A DNA stretch of 64,000 bases, taken from contig CM082577.2 of NCBI GenBank assembly GCA_040954595.2, forward strand, positions 9,201,846 to 9,265,845. The letters are read 5' to 3'. Numbering within the stretch: position 1 is the stretch's first letter; each line of letters begins with the position of its first letter. Position numbers and translations under genes: made by a program. Shown one piece after another: positions 21,501 to 37,088 of the stretch. Under the pieces are notes generated by a model. The model was not told the origin of the DNA and made no database searches. It worked only from the letters and a program-made list of their open reading frames with translations. This DNA comes from Balanoglossus misakiensis. Its lineage: Eukaryota > Animalia > Hemichordata.

Positions 21501-24500
21501 TAAAAACTGAATCAGAGTTACCCAGTATATAATCACATCAGGAAACTGCCTGTTTGCGAAATGTCATCAGCTGGACTGAGATACAACTTTAATGGCGCAA
21601 TTGCCATAATACGATAAATAGCTCGAATGCAAATTGCAATCGGTGTGTACCCCACTCTTGTTGCAGCATTTTTTGTCATCTGTGGTCACGCAGCAGAGGA
21701 GAAACAAAAATTACTGTCAGGCTTGTGTTATTATTTATTTATACCAGATTTAAATTTTAATCAAATCACCTATAAGCAAGCGTAACAATGATATTGAATG
21801 ATCGATTTCCTGTGATCAAGAAACAAACATGAATAATTTACAATGCGGCACACAATTTCTGAAGAATTGAAACGGTTTGATCTGAAACAAACAGGAAGCA
21901 AACTGACATATCTCGCCATTTATTAAAGGGGAGATGAAAACATTGGGGTAATCGATTCCTGGTGCAGGTTTTCATGTCTGCAGGGTACACGCATCTGGAT
22001 GGCACCAATATGTGTGTTTGCTATATGATACACAATATACCACAATAGATATGTCAACTTTTTCTTGGGGTGATATTGCTCGTGAGCATGCAGTGACATC
22101 AATTGGGCATGAAGTGATCAAGTCTGCTACAAATCATCAATGATTGAGTGAACCGGCAGCTATATCATGCTTGTTTCTGGCAACTTAGCTGATGTCGGGA
22201 TTTCTTTGTAGTTGATGAAATATACTTCACAGCAAATCAAGGGAAATATATAACCTGAGCTAGGTGTGACTTAAAACTTCAAACATGTTTGGAAAGCCAA
22301 GATGATTGTCAACAAAGTTCAGATTATTCTTGACAACTTGTTTGTAAAATTTATATAATCCAAATGCTGGCTTTGACCTGGTGTGTACTCTTGATTATGT
22401 TTTGTTTCATGCGACAGAAATTAAATTTCTTTAGTAAGACAATATATAGGTAAAACTAAATCAAAAGAAAACTAAGTGAAAACATATTTACATAAAACAA
22501 AGTAATTATACTGAAGTCATTATACAAACTAACCAAGTAATATTTTATAGAACATATTTCTGAAAAAATCTGTTCATCGTTAAAGCATCTAGAGACAGTT
22601 TTATAATCAAAAAAGAATAAACTCACATGTATGTTTGCGCCCAAACCACTGCCTCCCATGAAAATCCAGTCCAATGAACTTGACTCCGAATCATCCGGCA
22701 GGAAATACGGTCGCTCATAATGCTCACGCAGTACTTTAGCGACTTCAGGGTGACAATTACTCCTGTAAAATAAGAGATGGTTATACTTCTGAACAGGAGC
22801 ATTAAAGATTTTATAAAAACAACAATTTTTAAATCTTACAACAAGAATATTTCATAGGATTATCAGGTCATGATCAAACTAGATGGTTATACTAATTGTC
22901 TCCTGAAGTTGCCTTGGGGCAATGGTCATGGCTCTACCCACAATGCTTTGCACACAGTAAAAAAACAGGAAAATTTTACTACAGTATAGATTCCATATTT
23001 CTTTTAATTAAACACAATCCACAGTTTCCAGGAATTCCTCAGATATCAGTGTAACCTTGCAATCAGGAAATTAACACAATCACATCCAAAGCAATTTGTG
23101 TGCAGTCATGGTGGTTATTACAGCCCCAGTACTTGCCACAGTGTTTTTTCAATACTCACTAAGCTGTTTGACAACATTTTAATATTTGGATATGTACAGA
23201 GTTTAACACTTTTTTATTACCATGACAATCTCTTGTTTATTACCTAGAAGGTTCGTTCTGATTTAATTCCAAAATGATGTTTAAACCAAGATGAAACATT
23301 TTTTATTTAGAAACTTGAAGTGCTTATTTTAATTGGTAAACAGTGCAAAGACAATAATATCTGTTTCAGTTTCCGAACAAAAAATGGGGAATATTCTAAG
23401 AATAAAATTAAGGATGCCTCACAAATTACGTCACATATGTGGGCTTAGGAGGACTTTGCATGTTGTCAATTTTCGAAGACTTAATCACCGCGAATGTGCA
23501 AATTTAAATTTGCTTGTTAACCACACATAGATGTTCACTCCGGAGAATATTGTATATCTGATACACACTGCTGTTACCTGCGTATTAAATTATTGATTGC
23601 AAAAAACCATACGTTGTCAAATAGTATTTTGCTCAAGGCTATCACTATAAGAACTGTTTTCTCGATGTCGATGGATTAGCTTATATGTTGCTGATGTCAG
23701 TGATGATGGGAAAGGATACATTTATCCTGAAAACAGGATAGCATTTTCTAAAAGATATCAGCAGTATAAAGTAATATTAAATTAACTCATTCTTTGACAT
23801 TTTGCATAATTGACACCGTAGTGAAATAGATAGAATTGCATTTTTCAGAGCAAGGGGGCAAAACTACAGATCCGCGCCGATTCCCTTGTCTATGGAAAGT
23901 TACATTTTCCGTTTTTGACGTTCGTTTCGTCGGCAACACTCGCGGATATCTTTAATCCTAAATGCGTATCCTGACCTTTCGAGACGAGTGATGCCACCAG
24001 GAAATGCCCGGATTTGTCACATCAGCTTTCCTTCATCCCGGATAATTGCCGGCGGGACGCTGGGGGATTATGAAAATCACCCACTCATAAATTCTATCGA
24101 TTTCAAGCTGCGCCGAGGGAGTCCCGAGCGCAGGTCCACTCCGCGTGTATTTTTATATCACTGTACAATTTTGCCCTCCCCCCTCTGCGGGATCAGGATT
24201 ACTGGAAATTTGAGATGGTAATTAAAATTTATGTACCAGTATTACCAGATATGAATATGCATAATAATCCATCGTGAATCGTCATAATTATGTAATTTTT
24301 TTTCAGGGAGGGGGACAGTTTCTGAGGAAGATGTGATATGATCAATTGATCAAAGTATTCAGGCACTGGCGAGATTTAACTCTATCTAGACAGTCTGTAT
24401 TTGTGTGAGCGTTAATTTTTGACAAACTCGTATATCAAACACCATGTCAATTCGAGTATGATCTAAAGCATCAATTATCTTTGGTAAAAGTGTGAAATAA

Positions 24501-27500
24501 ATTCTGTGGTGAAAGCTAGTGTTTTTTCATGAATAAATAATGGTAAAATCAAAATATGTCTCGTTCATGCACCGCCTCTATAATAACAGCTTCCATCCTG
24601 AGGTCTGCATGTACACAGGGTTTTCACAGGGGATTATGGTTGGAATTAGTGCAGGCGGGCCAGGTTTCTGTGTCTTTAAGAATAAACCACATTACATTTC
24701 TCGCCTGCTGAGAAATGGAAAAATCTGACAGTTGAATTATCCGGACAATAAACCCGCAAACCTAACCCAGCTATATTGAGACTCTGTTCTGTCATGACAA
24801 AGAGACTAAAATTGTTTATTTCTTCTCTTTTTATCGGAACCAATTTTGAAAGAATTACACTTCTGACCAATAATGCTCAACTTGTAGAAAGAAGACAGTG
24901 GTCGAGCCAACGACCCAGTGCGAGCGGACAATGAATGGCAGGTACGGTACTTGTATTTGCTTTGCTGTCTGGATATTTCAACAGCTTTAAGAGGTAAACA
25001 TCAAACATGCAAAGTTCACCAACTGGGGAGAAGACTCTTGGGTTGTGACATTCAAACTGCACTAGCTGGCACATAATTTATGCAGATCCTTTAGATTTAT
25101 AACATTTTCTGTAATCCGACATCATGTCAGGTTGGTTAATGTCTGCCTTCTGGGAAGAAAACAGGACTTAGTGTGGCTTAAATAAACTTCTGCTTATACC
25201 ACAATATAACTAACGGTGATATATCAGTCCTGACCATCATACTGTATGTTTTTTTCCAAGAAGGGTTCAAGATATGATTCTTCATCAATTTTCCCAGAAA
25301 CCTCATAATTTGCTTCTTGGTATAAGTCCCCTATTTTCAATTGGACCCTGGATTTTGTGCTTTGATTTTGAGTTCGACAAGAGTTCGACCAGATGTTCCC
25401 CCTGGAGCACAAAACACACAAGTAAATTGAATTGTTACGGCTGGCACGAAAGTGATAATAGCTCAATTACAGTAAATCAAGTTGGCAGAGATGATAGCCA
25501 ATTACTGAATCCTTGAAAACTGATCAACAGTCCTCAATTCTCACAGGTAATTCCTGTTAGCAACTCACTTAATATTTTCCCACCTTTTTAGAAGAAAATT
25601 ACTCAAAAGGATCAGGTATACAATACCCAATCTTGTATCTGATGCTTAAATTTTTTTATGGATTTTACTTTTGTGTTTTGTTCAGTGAATTTCAACGTCA
25701 TTTTCCAAGGAGAATGTGAATTTCGAGAAGGGCACAATCATTTCCATGTGCTGAAAGACACAAAAATACTGTGATTGACAAAACAACAGTACTCATGCAT
25801 TCATTTTGCTATAATCCAGACAGGCACCTATTGCATTAATCATCCAGATATAGAATTTTTGACCGCGAATTTATAACGAATTTAATAGTGGAGTGACAAC
25901 TGAAACATTGGTTGTGCCATTAACACACATACAAGCCTCGGACTTTGAGTGACAGCACATTGCATGTCATTCATAATTGTCAAAGAAAGCATACTGAAGG
26001 TCAATAGCAAAATTCTTTTGTTGTTCCGTCATATAAGAGCAATTAAATTTCTCTGATCTAATGGGACCTGAAGTTCTTACGATCATTGTGAAGTATTATG
26101 TTGACACTTCAAAATCCTCAGACAGGGTTTTCAAAACTGATATTACCACACCGCCGAAATATCCCGTCCTCAATGTGTTTTATCCTGTGTGGACTTAAAA
26201 TTGCCGGTGCCAGTTTGAAAGAGATTTTCCGGGATTACAATAATTCCAGCGCAAATACCTCGCTTGCAGAGGAGATGACGAAGACTTGATAATAGTCTGA
26301 TTGAATGCAGACATTGCTTTCGCCCGGTTGCTTAGCAACCCGTCTTCTCCATCTTCTGGTCGCCATGGAAACATTGCAACTGGCACTCATTTGTTGAATG
26401 CAAAAAAAGGGACTCATAATTGCTTATAATGAAGATACCTAAAGCAGTTAGAAGACATACAGATGGCACGCAATGTCTTTCAATAATATCCCTGTATCTT
26501 TCTTTTATGCGCACTGCCTCAACAACTTTCATATGAATGTAAAAATAAGTCAAGGGCATGACTGACAGGTAGTGACAAGCCCTAGGAAAAGAAATCATGC
26601 TAGTTATAGTACTAGTGCACAGATGTCCACTTGCAGTCAGATTTTGGAACACCGAACTCAACAAGCTGTGTGAAATTTCTGAAGTTACAAATCATACTAG
26701 GCAATCAAACTTTACCCTTTCACCACATGGTAATTGTGGTCTGTATCCATCATTTTCTAAGGTTAGAGCTCAGGCCCTCTAGAATGGAAACTTTGGGTGG
26801 GGTGGGGGAGGGAGGGGGGTGTGTGTGTGGGGGGGGGGGGGGGGGTGTTAAGAGTTAAGATACACAAAACTGGATTGTTGTTGATGGTTGTGCAAACTCA
26901 CAGGCCTTAGGTTTGTTTGCATGCCTGGCTCTGTTGTCAAACACATGCAATAAGATATATTTAACACTTCACATTCAGAAATGTCTGTAAAATATTGTAA
27001 TTCGTGATCCCGTACGAACATTAATCATGGTGGTTATATCAGAGCAACGAAATCAAAATAAATCAAAATTGTTTTCAACGGCACATTTGTACACCTGCCA
27101 TTGTCAATAGCTGCAGGTGCAGAAGTTGATCATTTTCTCCCACTGTGAAATTAACTATCATATTTTGTATTAAACTGACAGGGGGAAAAATCCGGAAATA
27201 AAAAATAAATTGTTTGCACTGGGAAGCAATTGGACATGCATCCCCCTCCCCCAACAAAAAATAATCATATTTTGGTAGTCTCCCAAACTACTACAAATGG
27301 GTTTATTTATCTTCATAATCAAAGCTTTTGCCGTGGAAACTTTTCCTTACTTTATCTTTATAAACCACAAGTTTTGTGTGTTTTCCAATTCCTAATAAAT
27401 GGAAATTAATTAAATCACAGCATGAACATGGATTTGAATGTGTCTGGTTCATATATGGTCAAACCGGTTATCCATATCGCTAACCTTTTAAAAATCACCA

Positions 27501-27884
27501 ATACTGGAGTAGCATCCTCGAAACAAGCTAACAGTAAATATTTGACACTCTACCCAAAGGCAACTTTGAGTAAAAGTTAATACTCTTGCTAATCACAGTC
27601 TTAGATGTTAAGCCATGGTATCAATTATCGATGGGGTGACATTAAATATTTAAGCAACACTGGGAATGGCTGGAAAGCTGAATTTTCCTATAACCATTTT
27701 ATGTTACTGTGAACAACAGGTGGATTTCAGTTTGTGGGTATTGGGTCATCACTGTTGCCCTTTATGGCTATATACATGCATATGTTATATGTATGTATGT
27801 ACATGCGTGCCTGCATGCATGCATGTGTTGCATGTGTGTGTGTATGTATATACATTAGACAGAGCCAGACCACAACAAAAATTG

Positions 27885-27929
<45 letters not shown>

Positions 27930-30900
27930 GGACAGACAGACACATATACACTGCCAGATAGACAGATCGCGACATTTTCTTACCATGGAAATTGATCTTG
28001 TATAGGCCAATTTGCATAAAAATGAACTTGCATGTTAATGGTTATAATAATGAGTTATGATTAATTTCCCCAAATCTCTTTAAAGGGGAATGGTACTCTC
28101 TGCTGTTGACTTGTGAAATGTTGTTTAATTAAAGTCGTATGAAAAGTGGCAATTTTGCCAACTTTCACTTTCGCACATCAGAGCTATATTGACCACCAAA
28201 TAAGTAAGGGAGAACCAAAGTGACATAGTCGACTTGTGGCATTATCAGCTGAAGAGGCATGTAAATCATATGCTGAGGCAACATCTGGACACACTCAAGT
28301 GATCTCCAACGTCAATATCACACTTTGCGATAAAACTACTCTACTGGCTTGTTACAAGGAACACGTCAGCAGAATTGAGAGAGCTCACATTTCAAGTTTT
28401 TCCACTTTCAGCGAGGCAATGAGCTTCTCCACCGACACGGCGTGGACATCCACCCATGTAAATAATCATCTTTGCCTTGCAAGATTCCTGTCATCAACAG
28501 ACGAGAAGCCACAATTGTCTTGTAGACGTCAGTATGATTTCTCCATGGAAACAAGCTCGGAGACATTAATCTCTCTCCTTGAAAATCTCCCACATCTGGT
28601 CCTGATTCTGTTCCCCTGTCTGTCTCACTCTTTGTCTGTCTGTCCCTCTGTCTGTTTGTCTTTCTGTCTATCCCTCTGTCTGTCTGTCCATCTCTCTCTC
28701 TCTGTCTGTCCGTCTCTCTCTCTCTCTCTCTCTCTCTTATTAATTTGTAAAAGTTTTTCAAATTTTTAAACATCACTAAAACCAAATCCTCAGTTTTATT
28801 TGGAATGAATTTTATTTAACAGAGACACCAGTGCCATTCCCCAAAAGTGACAATTAAAGTGTTCACGTAAGGGTATCATGATGTACTGCATGGGAAGTCT
28901 GCAGTACAGCTATCAAGTTTTGCCAGAAATTCTAAATATAAAATCATCATCGACTCCGGATGGGTTTTTTTCCCATCTTGGCACGTACATGCCGGGTAAC
29001 CATGGCAATCTCTCTCAATTTGAAGAGTGTACCGTGATGACACAAAATTTGCTGCGATGATTCCCCATTATTTTAGTGCCTGTATCATTAATATAGCTAG
29101 AATTAACGACCGTTTTAGTGACTGGAACATAATCTCTCCCGCTGTCACATAACATTTTATCTGTTAATCAGAAAACCGGCGCGGAACGGCAAATGACCAG
29201 TAAGCTTTTTTCAATTTAGGTAATTTAACGATAATGGCATTCACGGAAAGCGAGTCATTGATCATATTTTGCCTGTAATGTTCTTTAATCCTATCACCGT
29301 TGTGCAGTGTAACATTGCCTCGAAAAATTCAGATTTTCAATTTCCCCATCACTCGCCAGAGAACTACGGGATAAAATCACCATGGTAACTGCTGCGTCTC
29401 CCCTCATTGTGAGCTATGCAAATTAATGACTTGCCACTCTGTCCCAGATGTTTTCTTAAAATCCAATTACGAACCACTTCTGGTTATCAATTATTCGTCA
29501 TCAATGTCTTCGCCGCCAGGACTGACAGTACATGTACCTTATTTTTTAACTTCCACCGTGGCTGGGTAACTCGCGGGTTTACTTTTTCACGTCCTGAGGT
29601 AATATGCACCTGGTTCACAGCGTCAAGAAACACAACAGGATATCTAGTATGGCACTGCATTGTTTTTTTCTGATGAATGTCTATGACATATACTGTCTCA
29701 GCTAGCCTTTGCAAGTCTATGAGGAAGACACAGATTGTCCAATGGTAAAAGTACATGTATTCAAAAAACCCACAGACAGAGAAACTTTTCGTTTTTAAAA
29801 ATGATTTTGAGGTATGCTGACACTGCACCTTGGGGGGGGGGGAATGTGATTGACCATTAAAAAGCGCCCCCCCCCCCCCCTCTATTAACTATGAATCTCA
29901 ATTAGTCATACCTATTAAGTTTAGTGTTTTCTTATTAATTACAACAACTTATAAACTAATATTAAAGTACTGGGTTTAACACTTGTATATTTATCTCCAT
30001 ATACTGGGTAGATTGGTTATCATATTCATGGTTTTATATAACTACTTGACGATTGTACACCATGTGCTAGTCCAGAACCAAGCCCTTGAACCTAACATTG
30101 TGCACAACGAGACCAATACAAAAATGTCACACCGTATACGACACACACTAAACCCATGATGAAGTGCCAATTATTTCGTCACTATGTTACAGATTTAGAC
30201 ATCCATCGTGTTTGACAGAGAATCCCAAGGAGACAGACACAGCACGGATGCAAAAAAAAAACCACACACACCTGACGATAATCATCTCGAATATCTGTTC
30301 TTGATTGATGACACGAAAGATAATCCCCCCGTACACCTCCCTTCAACCGTTTGCAGTTGTTCCCATGTGTGCCCATCACAGGCCAACACAAAAGTAGACG
30401 TTGCCTTGAAAACGAAACCTCTCGGCAAAAATCACGCTGTTATCCTTCTCATCACCGGGGAATTTTCCGAAGCTTGTATTTTGCGATTTATTTTATCGAC
30501 GGAGGGTTCTGGAGTTACCGTTGTCGGGGTAACGCAGGTCTTGTTACGTCCAGAATTCGTTATCTGTCAAGCGTTTTTCTATCCTGTATAATGTGTCAAA
30601 GCGTTTTCGGGTATACCCATTTCGCAGAGTATGGGCAATGAAATTTGTAACAGTATGACCGATTACAGTTTGTTTTATCTGTCTGGATGGCAATTAATAG
30701 CGGACCAAATTATTTTATGGCCCGCGGGAATAAACATGCTCAAGATGAGAATCAAAATACACGTAGGTCTACAAGGCCTAGGACATTTGTGAAAATGATG
30801 ACAGAGGGTGAAAAATCTGACATAAAACCCGTTTTCACAGTATAACAACTACGTGTTCTGATTATCACTTAGTTTGTTTGTAACTAAAATGTAGCGCACT

Positions 30901-31778
30901 GGTTTTGTGCGTGGATCCATTAAGGGTATCACATCGAAACATTATTGTTACATTGTGACACCATATCATAATAATTACATTTAAATCGACATTATTTTAG
31001 GGGCCGAAATCTTTACTCACCAGCCGATATACCACGTCTTTTCATTTTCCCGAAAACCCGCCCTGGCATCGGACATGTTCAGCGCTTCCGCCAGAGTGGC
31101 GAACTCGGTGTTGTACGGGAAGAACTGGCATTCGTCTTCGGTGTTCTGCAGCGCCCCGTCGGTCTGCGTGTACAGTTCCTTGAAGAAGCGGAAGCTGAAC
31201 GTGTCCATCGCCGTCCAGTTCGCCGTGGCGCCCGTGATGAGCGCGGGCACCCCGCTGTAGGCGTACTTCTCGACGAAATCGTCCCGGCTCAGTTCGTCAA
31301 CCACGGGCGCGCTCTCCAGCCCCACGCACATGTTGCAGTTGACCACCGGGCGCGTCATCTCCATGACCACGAAGTTGGTGTCCACCAGGCACGGCATCGC
31401 TCGGATCTCGTCCAGCAGGGCCCCCAGCTGGAAGTCCGCCCTGTAGGCCAGCATGACGACCCCGACGATCACCGGCACCAGGAAGGACACGACGTAGACG
31501 GACTTCAGCTGCCTCAGGCACCGTGTCAGTCCGGCCGCCGCTGTGTGCACGAACCCGGAAATCGGCACAGTACCCTTACTAGTGGTGGTGTTTTCACACT
31601 CGCTACTTTCATCCTGTGTGGCCGATTTAGGCCCGACACCAGTCAAAAAGATCTCTCGAATTCGCTCTTTGTCGAGTCCCTGCTTCTCAGCGTCCGATCT
31701 CAGTTTAGTAAACTTCTGTATGAGTTCCTTCCGCTGCCTGTCGTCCCCGGAATGCGCCCCGTTCCTTACTTTCGACAT
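18566..31778 (-). CDS. Uncharacterised JmjC/cupin-like 2-oxoglutarate oxygenase with an N-terminal transmembrane helix, 4 coding exons
   Basis: Exons 31778-31021, 22762-22627, 21127-20998, 18651-18566 splice in phase. Translation includes TM VYVVSFLVPVIVGVVMLAY, FVEKYAYSGVPALITGATANW, WYIGWSNC, RPYFLP, WIFMGGSGLGANIHLD, WQAQISGQKTWTL, KGDIIVIDTNIWYHAT and ITIGSEYD*. The HxD...H metal triad is present. Confidence 0.85.
20439..20814. mobile_element. Putative TTAA-flanked (piggyBac-type) MITE
   Basis: Left end TTAACCCTTT, right end AAAGGTTAA (one base short of a perfect TIR). Non-coding, AT-rich interior. Confidence 0.45.
21174..21379. mobile_element. MITE with TA target-site duplication (Tc1/mariner-pogo type)
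   Basis: TA|CTGTAAAACACTTT.TTTTCGCGAG at the left end and CTCGCGAAAATAAAGTGTTTTACAG|TA at the right, giving about 25 bp TIRs. It sits about 45 bp from a JmjC-gene exon acceptor. Confidence 0.85.
27888..27927. repeat. (CA)n microsatellite
   Basis: Visible directly. Confidence 0.95.
28617..28737. repeat. (CT)n/(CTGT)n pyrimidine-rich microsatellite
   Basis: Visible directly. Confidence 0.9.
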
Positions 31779-32207
31779 GACTGCTAGCTCCAGCCTGCAG
31801 ACGGGGCCGAACTTCAACTCTGCTGCAGCCGACGTAGTTCCGGGTTCTTTATCAAAGTTTTCTTACTTGGTTATATTTTCACCACGTGATTCTTTTCGCG
31901 TGTCCTGATAGGCTTCTAGTGTAGCCTACGCGTTTATGCCCACCGCCAGCAATTGGTCGTATTGTAAAGGGCCGTATCATACATAAGCGTATTTACTGAC
32001 ACTTTGCTGAACACCTTTGCTGAGTAAAAAGTGATGAATTGTATGTGCTCATCGGGTATTAGTTTCAATGTACTCAAACTAAAGCACGCCCGACACTTCT
32101 CTTGTGTGCAATAAAATCCTCATTCTAACACGGTGTGTATTGGAGACCCTACAGCTACGTGTTCCAACAGGCTGCTGCCTTTTACAATGCGTGGACGCAA
32201 CTCTATT

Positions 32208-32329
32208 TTAAAGTAGCGCTGATTTTACTTCAATATATCACAGCATTTGGCTGCCACGCTCCATTTAACCACGTGACGAGGGAACCGCTTTAATATCCTG
32301 TCTGAGTGAACATACGAGCGCTACTTTAA
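32208..32329. mobile_element. Short TTAA-flanked MITE (Kolobok-like termini)
   Basis: TTAA|AGTAGCGCT ... AGCGCTACT|TTAA. A related left end, TTAAAGTAGCGGTGATTTT, occurs at about 10730. Confidence 0.6.
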
Positions 32330-32926
32330 CGTGCGTGACGGTGAATGATCACTATATTTCCCCATCTTCCGAGGGAACTTCATCATCTTCAAGTCGAGAT
32401 GACAGTGTAACAGACACATTAGAGCTGTCTTCGGGAGGAGAGCGAGTACATACATGTATTATATCTTGTGACTATTTGCAAAATAACAACACTTATTGTT
32501 ACCCTTTTTAGTAAATGTGACTTTCACGTTTTGACTTGTCGAATGCACCGCGAATGTATTAAAATTTGGCAGGGCTGCGCTTTTAGAGTTTTCGCCCATC
32601 ATCGCGTCCATCTGCGTGCGTTTGGTTTTTTAACTTTGCGTCTAAGCACAAAAAGGAGAATAAATGTATGTTGGAGTAGATAACAGAAAACAAAACTCCG
32701 TTATCATTATTCTTTCTCTCTGCTGGATGAGCCATGGCACCGTCTATGATTAAATGATCCTGTGCGTACCACTATGTTCTCGAGTACTGTACATCAGAGT
32801 CGGATAAAAGTTCTTCATATGTTAGAACCCACCACTGAGCATGCATGGGAAAGGATGGACTTCACAAACAGGTCGACCAACCGCCAGTTAACAGAGAGGG
32901 GCGGGGAGGGAGGAGAGAAGAGAGAC

Positions 32927-32959
<33 letters not shown>

Positions 32960-34823
32960 TAAGGGCAGACAGGGAGGACGAAGACACAGAGATAATCTCA
33001 GATATGCGGACAAGAAAAAGAGGGGACACTGTCAGGAGTTTCATTTTCCCTAGGGCAAGACAATTAGCCTACTAGTTTATGTCGAATGTAGGTAGAGGGA
33101 TCAACATCACCGCGAATTATATGAACGATTCTCGAACTCGACGCTCAAAGTCACGACAAAGAATTCTCCATAGACTTCAAATATACACAGGCCTGTACAA
33201 AATAAACTCTAATTGACGAAAATTCGAAAACAAGCGTGTTTACCTTATTAAAAGCTTACAGTACTTCTTCGGAGGTTCGGAAACCGGCACGTATCATTCT
33301 CCGTTGCCCGGGAAACGGTAGCGATCGGGGAGGTTTGGACTAAAACGGCTCAGGGCAATTTCCTTTTCATCAATACGAAACCTCGCTAATTCGATTCACA
33401 TTATTTTCATCAGTTGGTATGGACTAGTAATCGTGTGAGTCGATGACGTCAGATAGTAGTGTCCTGGTCTGCTCAAAATATGCAATAAATTCGTCGCTTG
33501 ATAATGAAACAAGACAGGAAAATCATCCCTATTCAAGATTCGATCACAAAGACGACTACATAATGCTCATACAACAAAGTGTGTGTTAATGGTTTGTGCA
33601 ACATGTTTAATCCGAGAAAAAAATACGGAGCGCGGCAAATCCAATTTGAAGGAACGTTTTTTTTTCGACCTAAACAACTTAGTTCACGGTCATAAACCAG
33701 AAATTAATGAATACCTTCCAAACGTACCGGTTGAAAGTGATAATAACAGCATGGGGGTATATACGGCATCTTTTCTCGAGAGACATTTGTACGTACATTT
33801 ACTCCTTGAAAATGCATTACATGTGTTTAGAAAACGAATCGATTTTAATATTTAAAAACCACCGAAAGCAACCATGCTGACATTACTCTGACTGCTTTTA
33901 ACGCTTGATCATGGTGACCACGGCTTGATGAATGAAATAAGTCGTCTATAAGATGCAGTTCACCGCAGGGGATAAAAGCGAGACTTATTACATGTATTCA
34001 TATAAATAATTGTTCGGTGGCCGTATTTTGGCAGTCAGAAATGTCGCACCTATACCGTTACTGCAGCAACGTCTAACGTTTTCAATATTTTCGACCATCT
34101 ATTCTTAGACTATAAGAAACCAAAATCAGTCCACTTCTGAATCTGATGGATGGTCGCAAATTGGCCAAAACCTGAAATTTCCTCAAAATTTTCACGGTAA
34201 ACCAAACTCACAACAAACGGACATGTGAATTTTTCTCTACCACCCATCTTCCTAGGAAGCCAACACAAGTGAGCAACACCTCTTCCTCAGAACCCCCATT
34301 AAAAGGTGACGCCCCCCCCCCCAAAAAAAAACACCCGTTGTTGATTGGTGATTCAGATCGAGCTCACGTGCATTTTGTCAAGATTTCCAGGTACATCATT
34401 CGCAGTACCGTTTCAATGCGTAGATCAGCAATATGGATTGGAATCTGCACTCTCCTTCCTGTGAACACCACTTTCCCCACAGGGGGCGGTGTTCACAGCA
34501 GGGGTGGTACCGCATTGTCAGGGGACACAAATAAGACTACAGTACATGCTGCATATCTCACGTGATTGTAGGTGGCCATATCCAAGTGACACCCATTTAG
34601 GGGTGGGCCATTTGCTATCCCTGGGAGAGGTGAACGATTTTTGAGATACTAAGTTGAAAATACGAAAACCGACCAAGAGGAGACAGGGGGCGAAAATTCA
34701 GATACTAAGCTGAAAACACGAAAGGGGGGGGATGAACAATAACACGCATCTGCTACTTTGGGTCATCTCATCAAAATGACTTTATTTAGTTACTTTGAAC
34801 AAATAATACACAGGGTTGTCCAT

Positions 34824-36837
<2,014 letters not shown>

Positions 36838-37088
36838 CTTGGCTTAGTGCGGAAGAGACCGATGTACAATGCATTGTGGGAAAAGTGACCTAAGCGATCG
36901 ATGTTTGTGAAAATACACTGTCGTTGCAGAAGCGTGTTTCATTTTTACCAATTTGTTTCAAAATCATAATCTTGATTGTCTTTGAAAGTGCTGTCAGTGT
37001 GACTTGTTTTTATCAGTTATTGGCTTTGAATTTTATATATTCCCGACAGATGTATTCATCCACGGTGACTTAGGGAGCTCATTTAAAA
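36838..37088. promoter_or_regulatory. RPL18/RRS1 bidirectional promoter with 5'TOP and ZNF143/Staf-like site
   Basis: The ATGs are about 250 bp apart. CTCTTCC lies on the minus strand at 36857-36851 and TTCCCACAATGCATT on the minus strand at 36882-36868. A YY1-like AAAATGGCG overlaps the RRS1 ATG. Confidence 0.65.

Noticed and set aside
24887-24940. 54-nt plus-strand AG...GT exon-like segment in the large JmjC intron
   Set aside because: Isolated, with no partner exons or recognisable product. Expected by chance in an 8-kb intron.
28236-28785. 177-aa and 125-aa overlapping ORFs in the JmjC intron
   Set aside because: Both are extended by a CT/GA microsatellite, with no recognisable domain or splice context.
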